A stretch of DNA of 20,748 bases from Candidatus Hydrogenedentota bacterium (lineage in GTDB: Bacteria; Hydrogenedentota; Hydrogenedentia; Hydrogenedentales; GCA-2746185). Shown in pieces: positions 7,905-16,663 of the stretch. The notes beneath the pieces were generated by a model that saw nothing but the letters and a program-made list of their open reading frames with translations, did no database searches and was not told the DNA's origin. The stretch's first letter is position 1; each line of letters starts with the position of its first letter. The stretch lies in contig JAYGCN010000019.1 of assembly GCA_046583315.1 (NCBI GenBank), positions 1 to 20,748 of the forward strand. Reading direction: 5' to 3'. Both the position numbers and the translations under genes were made by a program.

Positions 7905-10181
7905 TCAGCGTGGTCCCCGGCTTCCGCGCGATACTGAGCCACCCGAAGACCGACTCGGCGAACTCGATCGACTCGGTGACGATACGCGCGAACTCGAAGA
8001 GCGTGGCGCACTGACCTGCGGTGCGGATCGCGTCACCGTTCGCGGAGCCGAATAGTTGCTTCGCGGTGCCGGTGCCGACTGGCGTGGCTGGCTCACCTGC
8101 GGTCGCGTCGATACGCCGCGCGGTGCCGACTGAATCGGAGCCGCCTGACGAGGAGCGGCTACCCGAGGGGCCGACTGACGAGGGGCCGTTCGCGGCAGTC
8201 GAATCGTCTGACGCGTTGACGACGGAACCTGAGGAGTCACTTCCCTGCCATTGTACGACTTCGGTGTCCCTTTGCGAATCTGGGTCGCCTGAGGTCGAAC
8301 CGTACGCGCACTCGCACTCTGCTGAGGGGTTTGTGTACGAACCCGATTCGTCGAACTTACCGACGGAGCCTGTTCACGCGTATTCAATGTGCCGCTCGTT
8401 CGCGTCGAAGGAGTCGTCGTCGCTCTACGATTCAAATTAGCATTGGGCGCAGGTCGTTCGCTTCGACTACTAACACGCGTCGATTTCGAAGGCCCAGATT
8501 CAGTCTCAACCCGTTGCGTGATCGTTCCACCGCGATTGATGGTCGTCGATCGTGCAGACCGACTATTTCCTTTCTCTGTTCGACTCGGACTAATCGTCGT
8601 AAAACGTGTGGTTGACGATGGCACACGATTCGCCCTACGCACCGCCGGACTACCCGCTTCTTTGATACGACTTCGCGGTGCGACGGTTCCGTCACCTGGA
8701 AGCGCTTTCAGCCTCGCCGAACGGGTCGCAATACGTTGCGCCGGATCCACTTCGAACGATACGTTACGTGCACGGGCTTGTCGCGAGGTCGATTTGTTTG
8801 GTGTCCGCGACACCCTGCTCGTGCGTTTCGAAGGAACACGAAGCGATTTGAACTCACTTCTAGAGACTCTGCTCTCCAGTGTCACCGCGCGATTACGCGC
8901 TTCATAAGTCCTATCATTACGTTGGACACTTCCAGGTCCACGCATCACGCGTTGCGGCGTATAGTCACGTACCCGGTGATACGGGTTTCGATGCGGTCGA
9001 TGTTCATAGTGATGTGAACCATGAGAATACAAGTTCCAATGGTACGCGTTGTAGTGATTATGATGCGAGACATGGGAATAATGATGCGCCGCGTAGCTGT
9101 AGGCGTGACCACTCAGCAAATGATGCGAATAGGCATAACTTGAGTAGCCGATACTGAAATGGAATCCACCGGCGGAGAAATATCCACCCGAATGGTAGAC
9201 CGCGTCTCCGTGAATGCTCAGCGGTGCCCAGATGAACACGTCGTCATAGCGAACCGAAGCGACATAGGCGGGGCTGTAGGCATGGTTGTAGGACCAGATC
9301 CACCCGTGATGGTGATGATGACTCCAATAACCGTGATGACTCGTAATGTACGTGAATGGATGATGACCGACCCACGTGTACCCATGACTAGGAATGTAAC
9401 TCCACGAACCGGTGCGGTAAGGAACATATTCACGAACAACCGTGGGTTGCCAATACTGCTGGTTGTCGACAACAATCCAGTCGCCGTAATCGTTGAGGTC
9501 GTACGCACCGATTGGCGTCGTATAGGAACCCGCCGTGCCAATATTCACACGATCGGCACCCTTGGCAATTTGGCGCGCCCGTTCGCGGTTCCAGGTATCG
9601 AAAGAATCTTCCTGCGCACGATCAAAGGCCTCCGCCGTAGAAGGTAGATAACCGGGATCGATATAAACTCGTTTTCCCGATACGACACGAAGCGTGCCGC
9701 TGCCGGTATGAATGACCGCGTTGCCCCAGCGAACCGTGATTGTCGTCGACCCTTCATCTAAAACATCAATACGTACCTGCGAATCGTTTTCAATCCGAAT
9801 ATCCCCTACCGGTGTTTCAAAAACGAAGTCGCCTTCACTTTGACGCAAGCGCTGAACATAAAACGAGCCGCTCCAACCTTTGATGCGAGTGACGGGAGGC
9901 ATAGACGCGACATCAATTTTGCTGCTGTCCGCCAAACGCACAAAACTGCCGCCGGATACCTCTACCTCCAGCACGCCGTCTTCGTCGGCCCAAATCGTGT
10001 CACCCGGCATCACCAACGAGTTGAGCTGAGCTACACTCCACTCGTCATCTTCCGTGCCCCGGATGAGTCCATCGTTGTCCACGTAACTGACGCGCCCGTG
10101 CTGAACATCCTGGGCATAGGCCTGGAATCCAGTGAGAACGACCGCAGCAATAATGACTTTTGATATCCAATTGGGTCTCAT
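7905..10181 (-). CDS. Secreted FecR-like plus DUF6600-like protein with His-rich segment and long Arg/Ser/Pro low-complexity tail
   Basis: Start moved to the ATG at 10181 (AGGAGG RBS). Signal peptide ending AYA|Q, FecR-like beta region (GDTIW...EV..GSFVRL...FETPVG), and L..YGDW...WQP...PY..GSW...GYTW...PF...T.HHG.W...GWIW pattern. Confidence 0.78.
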   Translation of the reverse strand: MRPNWISKVIIAAVVLTGFQAYAQDVQHGRVSYVDNDGLIRGTEDDEWSVAQLNSLVMPGDTIWADEDGVLEVEVSGGSFVRLADSSKIDVASMPPVTRIKGWSGSFYVQRLRQSEGDFVFETPVGDIRIENDSQVRIDVLDEGSTTITVRWGNAVIHTGSGTLRVVSGKRVYIDPGYLPSTAEAFDRAQEDSFDTWNRERARQIAKGADRVNIGTAGSYTTPIGAYDLNDYGDWIVVDNQQYWQPTVVREYVPYRTGSWSYIPSHGYTWVGHHPFTYITSHHGYWSHHHHHGWIWSYNHAYSPAYVASVRYDDVFIWAPLSIHGDAVYHSGGYFSAGGFHFSIGYSSYAYSHHLLSGHAYSYAAHHYSHVSHHNHYNAYHWNLYSHGSHHYEHRPHRNPYHRVRDYTPQRVMRGPGSVQRNDRTYEARNRAVTLESRVSRSEFKSLRVPSKRTSRVSRTPNKSTSRQARARNVSFEVDPAQRIATRSARLKALPGDGTVAPRSRIKEAGSPAVRRANRVPSSTTRFTTISPSRTEKGNSRSARSTTINRGGTITQRVETESGPSKSTRVSSRSERPAPNANLNRRATTTPSTRTSGTLNTREQAPSVSSTNRVRTQTPQQSASARTVRPQATQIRKGTPKSYNGREVTPQVPSSTRQTIRLPRTAPRQSAPRVAAPRQAAPIQSAPRGVSTRPQVSQPRQSAPAPRSNYSAPRTVTRSAPQVSAPRSSSSRVSSPSRSSSPSRSSGGSVSRGSRGPR

Positions 10182-10355
10182 GATGGACCTCCTTCGTCTC
10201 ATGCCCTGGTTCGTAGCGCTATGGGCATCTGCAGAACCTAGACGCAGTCGCGAGGACTTCATTCATTCTAAAGCGATTTTGCCGAAAATAACATCCAAAT
10301 CTCTCAATTTTAGAATTCTGTTGCAACAATAAATCGTTTGCTTACAATCACCTAC

Positions 10356-10391
10356 AAAAAAAAGACCTGCTCCCGAAATCTCGGGAGCAGG
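10356..10391 (-). terminator. Intrinsic terminator after the Tat-exported oxidoreductase
   Basis: CCTGCTCCCGA (10366-10376) / TCGGGAGCAGG (10381-10391) with an A8 run at 10356-10363. Confidence 0.88.
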
Positions 10392-10415
10392 GCCAGATTC
10401 GCTATATATTGGGGG

Positions 10416-11708
10416 TTATACAGGCTTGACTTCATAACCTTTTCGGTAATCACGGGTCAGCATACGATTGGCCTCTTCGCTGCCGATGAATCGCTCCTTT
10501 TTCGGGTCTATCTCGAGAGAATGCCCGATGCGATAGGCGGCGTTTGCCAGATGGCAGTGCGCCGATGCGATGTGACCCTCTTCCGCGTTGCCAAAGATAT
10601 CTTCTTTCTTCCGCGACTTGCAGGCATCAATAAAGTTCTGCCAATTGCCGCGGGTTGCGGGTTCGGGAGTGTCGTCAGGAATGGGAATTTTATTTCCGCC
10701 CATGTCGAAGAATCCACGACCTTCCACGTAATACCCCTTCTCGCCCCAGAACGTGTTCCCGGTCGTATGTACACCGGCTTCTTTGTAGGACCCGTAGTTG
10801 CGAATTTCAAAGACCATCGTTGCGCCATCTTCGTAAGTAAACGTCGTGATCTGGGTGTTCGGCGTTTCCGCTTCGTCGTCCCAATGATAACGCCCGCCTG
10901 AACTGTAGACTTTCGTCGGCAGACCGCGGTTCATCCCCCACGCCGCGATGTCCATCTGATGCACGCCCTGGTTACCCGTTTCGCCACACCCGTATTCCCA
11001 GAACCAATGCCAATTGTAATGCACATAATTTTTCTTGTAAGGCTTGTCTTTCGCTGGACCCTGCCATCCGGTCCAGTCCAGATGACGGGGGGCATCTTTC
11101 GGATCGGTGAATCCGAGTGAATGCCGATTACCAGTTTTGTAGGTAAAGCCTTTGCCCATGTGAATCTCGCCGAGGAAACCATCGTGAATCAATTTGATGT
11201 CGCGTAGCCACCGAGGGTCCGAGCGACTCTGCGTACCATGTTGCACAATCTGATTCGACTTGTGATACAGATTCGCGAGCTGACGTCCTTCGTAAATGTT
11301 GTGCGACAGCGGTTTCTCCACATACACATCTCGACCCGCTTCGATGGCCCAGATTGCCCCGAGCGAATGCCAGTGATTCGGCGTGGCAATCGACACTGCA
11401 TCGACGTTTTTGTCGTTCAACGCCTCGCGAATATCACCATAGCCCTCGGGTGTGCGACCGTGTTCTTTTTCGTAATTGCGGAGACGCCCTTTCAACACAT
11501 TGGAATCCACATCAACCATCGCCACAACGTCCGAGTCCGATTTGTCCCCGAAGCCGTCAATATGCGATTTGCCGCGACCATTCACGCCGACCACCGCAAC
11601 GCCAACACGATCATTGGCACCAAACACGTTTCCTTGCGCCATCATGCCGCCCACAATGACCGCCTTCGTGGTCGTGCTCATAAATTTCCTACGTGTCATG
11701 CCTGCCAT
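10416..11708 (-). CDS. Tat-exported Gfo/Idh/MocA-family oxidoreductase
   Basis: Start moved to the ATG at 11708 (AAGGAG RBS). TRRKFM twin-arginine signal, GVNGRG, IATPNHWH, YVEKP, HYNWHWFW and GNQGVHQMD motifs. Confidence 0.92.
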   Translation of the reverse strand: MAGMTRRKFMSTTTKAVIVGGMMAQGNVFGANDRVGVAVVGVNGRGKSHIDGFGDKSDSDVVAMVDVDSNVLKGRLRNYEKEHGRTPEGYGDIREALNDKNVDAVSIATPNHWHSLGAIWAIEAGRDVYVEKPLSHNIYEGRQLANLYHKSNQIVQHGTQSRSDPRWLRDIKLIHDGFLGEIHMGKGFTYKTGNRHSLGFTDPKDAPRHLDWTGWQGPAKDKPYKKNYVHYNWHWFWEYGCGETGNQGVHQMDIAAWGMNRGLPTKVYSSGGRYHWDDEAETPNTQITTFTYEDGATMVFEIRNYGSYKEAGVHTTGNTFWGEKGYYVEGRGFFDMGGNKIPIPDDTPEPATRGNWQNFIDACKSRKKEDIFGNAEEGHIASAHCHLANAAYRIGHSLEIDPKKERFIGSEEANRMLTRDYRKGYEVKPV

Positions 11709-11769
11709 GTTTCGTTCTCCTTTTATAAAGTGCATAATTCGATAGCTTAACTAATTTTGCAACCCGTCC

Positions 11770-11798
11770 ATCATACTCCTGCCAAACAGGCGTGACAA
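11770..11798 (-). promoter_or_regulatory. Sigma70-type promoter for the Tat oxidoreductase
   Basis: TTGTCA (11798-11793), 17 nt, TATGAT (11775-11770). Confidence 0.5.
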
Positions 11799-11812
11799 GT
11801 CTAAGCGCCCAA

Positions 11813-13516
11813 TCAAGCGCCCCACGTCGCCATCCAAAATACAAAGCCGACCAGCAACCCCACGCACACCCACAATACCGCGAATCCGGTCATGCCCAAC
11901 TTCGTCGGCATCGGAATCTCCAGATCCGGATGATTAATCAGTTTACGCGGCTCAGGAATTTCAATCCCCTCCGGAATCATAAACGGTTCGGATGTGTGCG
12001 GTTCGCCTTCCATCACCGGTGTGCGCAAGCACTCGTATACTTTATCGAGTTGTTCCTCGGGTACACGCTTCGTAAACAAGCTCACGATAATCCCCAATCC
12101 AAATCCTGACAACAACATAAAGAAAATCTGCCAGGAGTCGCGAAATTTTCCGTCCAGAGTCATCATTTCCGGTAGATTGGCGACTGCCCACTCGTCGAAT
12201 CCGGAAATCAGCGTGGTACTCAGCAATACCGCGAATCCGGCCAGCGTCGCCGCCCAGGCTCCAGCGACTGTCATTCGGCGCCAGAATAAGCCCAACCAGA
12301 ACGCGGCACCCATCAGACCTTGAAGTTTGAAGAACAAGACCAAGCCTTGAGGAACGTTTTCCACACTGAAGGCAAAGACGAGCGCTCCGGCGACGATTAC
12401 AAACGCGGCAATGCGCCCGACCCACACGTAATGTCCTTCTGATTTATCGGAGGCGATCCAGCGTCGGTAAAAGTTCTGCGTAAATAACCCCGAAGAAGAA
12501 ATCATGAATGCGTCACAGGAGGACATCACCGAAGCGATAAGCGCAGCGAGGAACAGGCCGATTAGACCGGGCATGATACCGGGAAGCAAATCCGCAGCGA
12601 CCCTTCCATAAATTTTGTCCGGTGCCACATCCTGGCCCAAGTACATCACGATGCCGCACAGGCCCACCACCATCCAGGCGATGGTGCATAATCGTTTGAT
12701 AAGGTTCCCCGTGGCGAAACCGACCCGTCCGTCCATTTCGGTACGTCCGGCTGCGCAGACACCCATGATATGCGGCTGAGTCACGATACCCACGAGCGCA
12801 ACCAGACACATCATCGCGATAAAGAATCCATTAATCTCACCCGGTGCCACGAGGCTGAACATGGCTTCATCTTCAATGCCCTCATGCAAGCCCGCGAAAC
12901 CTCCGACGGCATTCAACGCCGGAATAATTAGAATGAAGGACAAAATGACGGTCAGGATGCCTTGAATAAAGTCGGTAATAATCGCCGCAGCGAGTCCGCC
13001 GGCAATCCCGTAACTCACAAAGAGCACCGTCATACCGATAATCGCCCAGTTTCGCGGAATGGCATCGTTGGTGATACCTTCAATCATCGATCCCGCGCCA
13101 AGCTGCACCACGCCGATGTTAATCGTCAATTGCATCACGCCAACGAGCGTATAAAGTCCTGCGACTCCGCCGTCGTATCGCGTTTCAAAATAATCACCCG
13201 TCGTCAGAGACCGCATTCGACGCATGATAGGCGCAATCAGCCAGTAGAAAGGAGTACAGAAAAGCCAGAGCCACTGGTACCAGATACCGGAGAGCCCGTT
13301 GGTCACCGTCTTCGAGGAGACACCGACCGCATCGTTGCCGCTCGTGCCCGCACCAAAGGCGAAAAAGATCATGAAGGCCTTGCCGAAGTTGTGGCCACCC
13401 ATGAAAAAGTCAGTCGTGTCCTTGACCTTATTCGCCGTGTAAATCCCGGCGGCGATCGTAAGGACCAGATAGATCACGATAGCAATCCAGTCGACAATAC
13501 CAATTCCTAATACCAT
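11813..13516 (-). CDS. Sodium:solute symporter (SSS/SLC5) family transporter
   Basis: About 13-14 hydrophobic segments, DFFMGG, YGIAGGLAAAIITDFIQG and GLFLAALIASVMSSCD motifs. Confidence 0.93.
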   Translation of the reverse strand: MVLGIGIVDWIAIVIYLVLTIAAGIYTANKVKDTTDFFMGGHNFGKAFMIFFAFGAGTSGNDAVGVSSKTVTNGLSGIWYQWLWLFCTPFYWLIAPIMRRMRSLTTGDYFETRYDGGVAGLYTLVGVMQLTINIGVVQLGAGSMIEGITNDAIPRNWAIIGMTVLFVSYGIAGGLAAAIITDFIQGILTVILSFILIIPALNAVGGFAGLHEGIEDEAMFSLVAPGEINGFFIAMMCLVALVGIVTQPHIMGVCAAGRTEMDGRVGFATGNLIKRLCTIAWMVVGLCGIVMYLGQDVAPDKIYGRVAADLLPGIMPGLIGLFLAALIASVMSSCDAFMISSSGLFTQNFYRRWIASDKSEGHYVWVGRIAAFVIVAGALVFAFSVENVPQGLVLFFKLQGLMGAAFWLGLFWRRMTVAGAWAATLAGFAVLLSTTLISGFDEWAVANLPEMMTLDGKFRDSWQIFFMLLSGFGLGIIVSLFTKRVPEEQLDKVYECLRTPVMEGEPHTSEPFMIPEGIEIPEPRKLINHPDLEIPMPTKLGMTGFAVLWVCVGLLVGFVFWMATWGA

Positions 13517-13676
13517 GCGCTCACCCCTTACAATATGGTTAAAAATGAGCGTCTATGGTACCCAATGAACCCCGGTACAAGTCAACCGGGCAGGACTGAA
13601 ATGATGTGCATATCTGCTTCAGTCATTGGTCTCGGGAGGGCGACGCTCCTGCGGAGCCGATCCGCACGAATCAACC

Positions 13677-14290
13677 TTACGGATTGGCAGGAGCCTCCAG
13701 TTCGAATTCGTCCGTCGTATCAGGCGCGGTGATAGGCACGTCTTCGATAAGTGGGGCGAATGCCATTCCCCCCTCACAGAACTGAGGCGGTCGCACCAAG
13801 TCGTACTTTCGAACGATAGAATTGAATATCTCCAACTTGTCGGTCGTATACTTCCGTGGCATGGGCCCCATCCTCTCGACGTATAGGAATACTCAAAATC
13901 GCCACATTTGAGACAAATGAGAATATAGTTCTGCGGCGCGTCGACCATCCGAAAGGCATGTCGCGGTTCGAAGATACATGCAGTGGCATTCCTCGGATCT
14001 CCGAAAATTCCGGATGTCAATTCTTCGATGAGTTCAGAATCGTCAATCACTATGGAATCCACTATCTCGTATACATCCACGTGCGTGGAGGAGTCGGCAC
14101 TACTATCTGTTCAACATGGTGACACCGTGAGGAATTCAATCTTACCCGCTTCAACCATCCGCTCGACAAGTGCCTGCCCGTCCTTGTACCCCGTAGTTGT
14201 GCGTGCCTTTGCTGCGAGCCAACTGAACGCAATTGCAAACAGTAAAACACCCAACATTACGAATAGCAGACCTCGAACAACTTTTTTCAT
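13677..14290 (-). pseudogene. Disrupted membrane-anchored hypothetical protein (C.F.PRH...IC.KC type) with in-frame TGA and probable frameshift
   Basis: ORFs 14111..14296 and 13619..14080 share a frame and are separated by one TGA (14113-14111): ...TVSPC*TDSSADSSTHVDVYEIV.... After ICLKCGDFEY the more protein-like sequence continues in another frame (ORF 13677..13871, frame open from about 13892). Confidence 0.6.
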
Positions 14291-14296
14291 GAACAC

Positions 14297-15373
14297 CTAC
14301 TCCGCAACGTCATCCTGATACTTGCGATACAGCCCTCGGAACTGGTGGTAGGTCAGCCCCAATTCATCCGCGGCTTTGCGCTGGTTGTATTTCGTCACGT
14401 CCAACGCGTCACGCAGCAGGGCCAGCTCGAAATCCCGGACCGCCTCGCTGAACGGCTTTTTCTCTTTGGTTTCCGAGACGCGGATGGGCGTTTCGATATC
14501 CGTGTCTGGTTCGGGAATCGGTGTGGGCTTCAGAATCGCCGTTGACTTGGGAAGGGTTGAGAATGCGTCGAAGGGATCAAAGATGAGCTCGTCTTGTGTG
14601 ATCAGGAAGTCGTCGGATCGGTACACAGCGCGCTCGATCACATTTTTCAGTTCACGCACATTACCCGGCCACGCATACTCGACCATCGTGTCCATCGCGT
14701 CCGGAATGATTTCAGGCATCTCCGCCCACTCAAGTTCCATGGCCATGCGTGCAGCGAAATGATTCGCAAGCAGTGAGATGTCATCCAACCGTTCACGTAG
14801 CGGCGGAATAACAAGGACTTCAAACGACAAACGATCCAGCAGATCGGGCATGAACGATCCGTTCTCAGCCTTGTCCCGCAAGTTAATATTCGTGGCTCCC
14901 ACGATGCGCACATCCACCTGCGTCGGCGTGGAGCTGCCCACGCGCTCGAAAGTCCCATACTCCACCGCGCGCAGAATTTTCTCTTGCGCCTCAATCGGGG
15001 TATTGCCTATTTCATCCAGAAACAGCGTGCCTTCGTGCGCCGTCTCGAAACGACCCAATCGACGACCGCCCGCTCCCGTGAACGCACCCGCTTCGTGGCC
15101 AAACAGCTCAGATTCGATGAGCGACATCGATACCGCTGCGCAATTGAACGCCACGAACGGACCGTCCCAGCGTTTGGAAAGGTAATGAAGTCGACTCGCG
15201 GCCAGCTCTTTACCCGTCCCGCGTTCGCCTACGATCAGCACGGGACGATTGACTTGCGCCGCGCGGGACAGCAGCTCCTGAAAATCGAGAAAGACGTCCG
15301 ATTGCCCCAGCGCTTCGTGAATATCGGAGGGATTCGAGGCAGAATCCTCATCATACGAGTAAGAATCGTCCAA
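14297..15373 (-). CDS. pspF: Phage shock protein operon sigma54-dependent activator PspF
   Basis: No N-terminal sensor domain. GERGTGKE Walker [32 protein letters not shown] and the PspF-type [26 protein letters not shown]. Divergent from pspA. The TTG start is tentative. Confidence 0.93.
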   Translation of the reverse strand: MDDSYSYDEDSASNPSDIHEALGQSDVFLDFQELLSRAAQVNRPVLIVGERGTGKELAASRLHYLSKRWDGPFVAFNCAAVSMSLIESELFGHEAGAFTGAGGRRLGRFETAHEGTLFLDEIGNTPIEAQEKILRAVEYGTFERVGSSTPTQVDVRIVGATNINLRDKAENGSFMPDLLDRLSFEVLVIPPLRERLDDISLLANHFAARMAMELEWAEMPEIIPDAMDTMVEYAWPGNVRELKNVIERAVYRSDDFLITQDELIFDPFDAFSTLPKSTAILKPTPIPEPDTDIETPIRVSETKEKKPFSEAVRDFELALLRDALDVTKYNQRKAADELGLTYHQFRGLYRKYQDDVAE

Positions 15374-15392
15374 GGTATTTTTTACCCTTCAA

Positions 15393-15427
15393 TGGTTAAA
15401 ATCACCAATACCTGAGGTATTCTACCA
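15393..15427. promoter_or_regulatory. Two candidate PspF upstream activating sequences
   Basis: Imperfect 15-bp palindromes TGGTTAAAATCACCA (15393-15407) and TGAGGTATTCTACCA (15413-15427), 20 bp apart and about 80-110 bp upstream of the -24 element. Confidence 0.6.
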
Positions 15428-15446
15428 TTTTAATTGCGTTTGTCAA
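15419..15446 (-). promoter_or_regulatory. Sigma70 promoter of pspF overlapping the second candidate UAS
   Basis: TTGACA (15446-15441), 16-nt spacer ending in TGG, TAGAAT (15424-15419). Confidence 0.7.
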
Positions 15447-15474
15447 GGCTTTCGCCTCGTACTAAGTCCTTATA

Positions 15475-15487
15475 AATCAGGCGATTA
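15475..15487 (+). promoter_or_regulatory. Candidate IHF binding site
   Basis: AATCAG-GCGA-TTA matches WATCARNNNNTTR and lies between the candidate UAS and the sigma54 promoter. Confidence 0.6.
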
Positions 15488-15503
15488 CACAAATCCAGGC
15501 CTT

Positions 15504-15519
15504 TGGCACATCGATTGCT
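15504..15519 (+). promoter_or_regulatory. Sigma54 (-24/-12) promoter of the psp operon
   Basis: TGGCAC-ATCGA-TTGCT matches the consensus TGGCAC-N5-TTGCW. Confidence 0.88.
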
Positions 15520-15563
15520 CTTCAATACCAGCGAAACCAAGACATTATAGAAAGGAAGTGGCC

Positions 15564-15929
15564 ATGAGCGCCGAAGCGATAGCAATCCCGATACGAAACG
15601 AACGGCAAGATTCACGAGTCCCATTCCAGGGCGAATTTGAATACACCTGCGACGGCCTTTCGGGCACCGCGCACTGGAGTAGCATGAGCGACCAGGGCGC
15701 ATGCGTCACACTGGGTCGCTATTTACGCCCGACGCGGCTGATTCGCTTCTCCAAGGACGGCCACGATATTTTTGGTTCGGTCGTCTGGTGCAAACCCAAA
15801 GATAACAGCGAGTCCTTTGTCGCTGGTGTACGATTTATAGATGGAGGCGTAGAAGCGTCCTTCATGGTGTTATCAACGATAGTTCAACAAATGGTTCGTA
15901 ACCGCAAGAAAACACAACGTAGCCGCTAA
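15564..15929 (+). CDS. Stand-alone PilZ-domain protein, first gene after the psp sigma54 promoter
   Basis: RxxxR (RQDSR), degenerate D/NxSxxG (SMSDQG), and G.VVWC...AGVRF barrel end. AAGGA RBS before GTG 15558 / ATG 15564. Confidence 0.75.
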   Translation: MSAEAIAIPIRNERQDSRVPFQGEFEYTCDGLSGTAHWSSMSDQGACVTLGRYLRPTRLIRFSKDGHDIFGSVVWCKPKDNSESFVAGVRFIDGGVEASFMVLSTIVQQMVRNRKKTQRSR

Positions 15930-15953
15930 CGGCTCTAAGATTTGGAGGTCATC

Positions 15954-16613
15954 ATGGGAATTTTTACTCGAGTACGCGACATCATCAGTTCCGAACTCAA
16001 TACGATGTTGGAAAAGGCTGAAGATCCGGAAAAACTGGTCAAGCTGATGATTCGTGAAATGGAAGACACACTCGTCGAAGTCAAAGCATCGTGTGCCGGT
16101 GCCATGGCCACGAAGAAAAAAGTCGAGCGTGACTCAGACGGTATCAAGGAACGCGCCGAAGCTTGGGGCGACAAAGCCCAGATGGCAGTGGATAAAGGCC
16201 GCGAAGATTTGGCCCGCGAAGCATTACTTGAAAAACGTCGCTACACGGATCGCGCCGAATCCCTGGAAGAAGAGTATACGCAGTGTGAAGCACTCATCTC
16301 CCAATACCAGGAAGACATCCACCAACTGGAAGACAAGCTGGCTTCCGCTCGCGAAAAACAACGCGTGCTGGTGCAACGTCACGTGCGTGCAACCCGCAAG
16401 ATGAGCACGGAACGCAACATTCGCAAATACGATTCTTCGGATGCCATGACGCGCTTCGATAACTTCGAAGAACGCATCGAACGCATGGAATCCGACGCTG
16501 AACTGGTCAATTTTGGACGCAAACCTTCGCTCGATGAAGAATTTCGTCGCCTGGAAGATGACGAAGACATCGAAGAAGAATTGAATGCGCTCAAGGCAAA
16601 CAAGAAAGATTAG
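15954..16613 (+). CDS. pspA: Phage shock protein A (PspA/IM30 family)
   Basis: MGIFTRVRDIISSELNTMLEKAEDPEKLVKLMIREMEDTLVEV, W..KA..A..KGREDLAR.AL.EK and long coiled coil. GGAGGT RBS before the ATG at 15954. Confidence 0.96.
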   Translation: MGIFTRVRDIISSELNTMLEKAEDPEKLVKLMIREMEDTLVEVKASCAGAMATKKKVERDSDGIKERAEAWGDKAQMAVDKGREDLAREALLEKRRYTDRAESLEEEYTQCEALISQYQEDIHQLEDKLASAREKQRVLVQRHVRATRKMSTERNIRKYDSSDAMTRFDNFEERIERMESDAELVNFGRKPSLDEEFRRLEDDEDIEEELNALKANKKD

Positions 16614-16663
16614 CTCGTGATTCGTGCTACAATGCTACGATGGTTCAACAATAAGGAATTGGG

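Noticed and set aside
7905..8230. Short tandem DNA repeats as a CRISPR array or VNTR
   Set aside because: They are degenerate 15-18-nt units encoding PRQSA and SSPSR peptide repeats, with no repeat-spacer structure.
13571..13590. Hairpin CCCGGT/ACCGGG upstream of the SSS gene as a terminator or riboswitch
   Set aside because: Only a 6-bp stem, with no U tract and no recognisable aptamer.
14111..14113. Genome-wide TGA reassignment (code 4 or 25)
   Set aside because: TGA is the natural stop of the SSS gene (11813) and the DUF6600-like gene (7905), and no other gene is interrupted.
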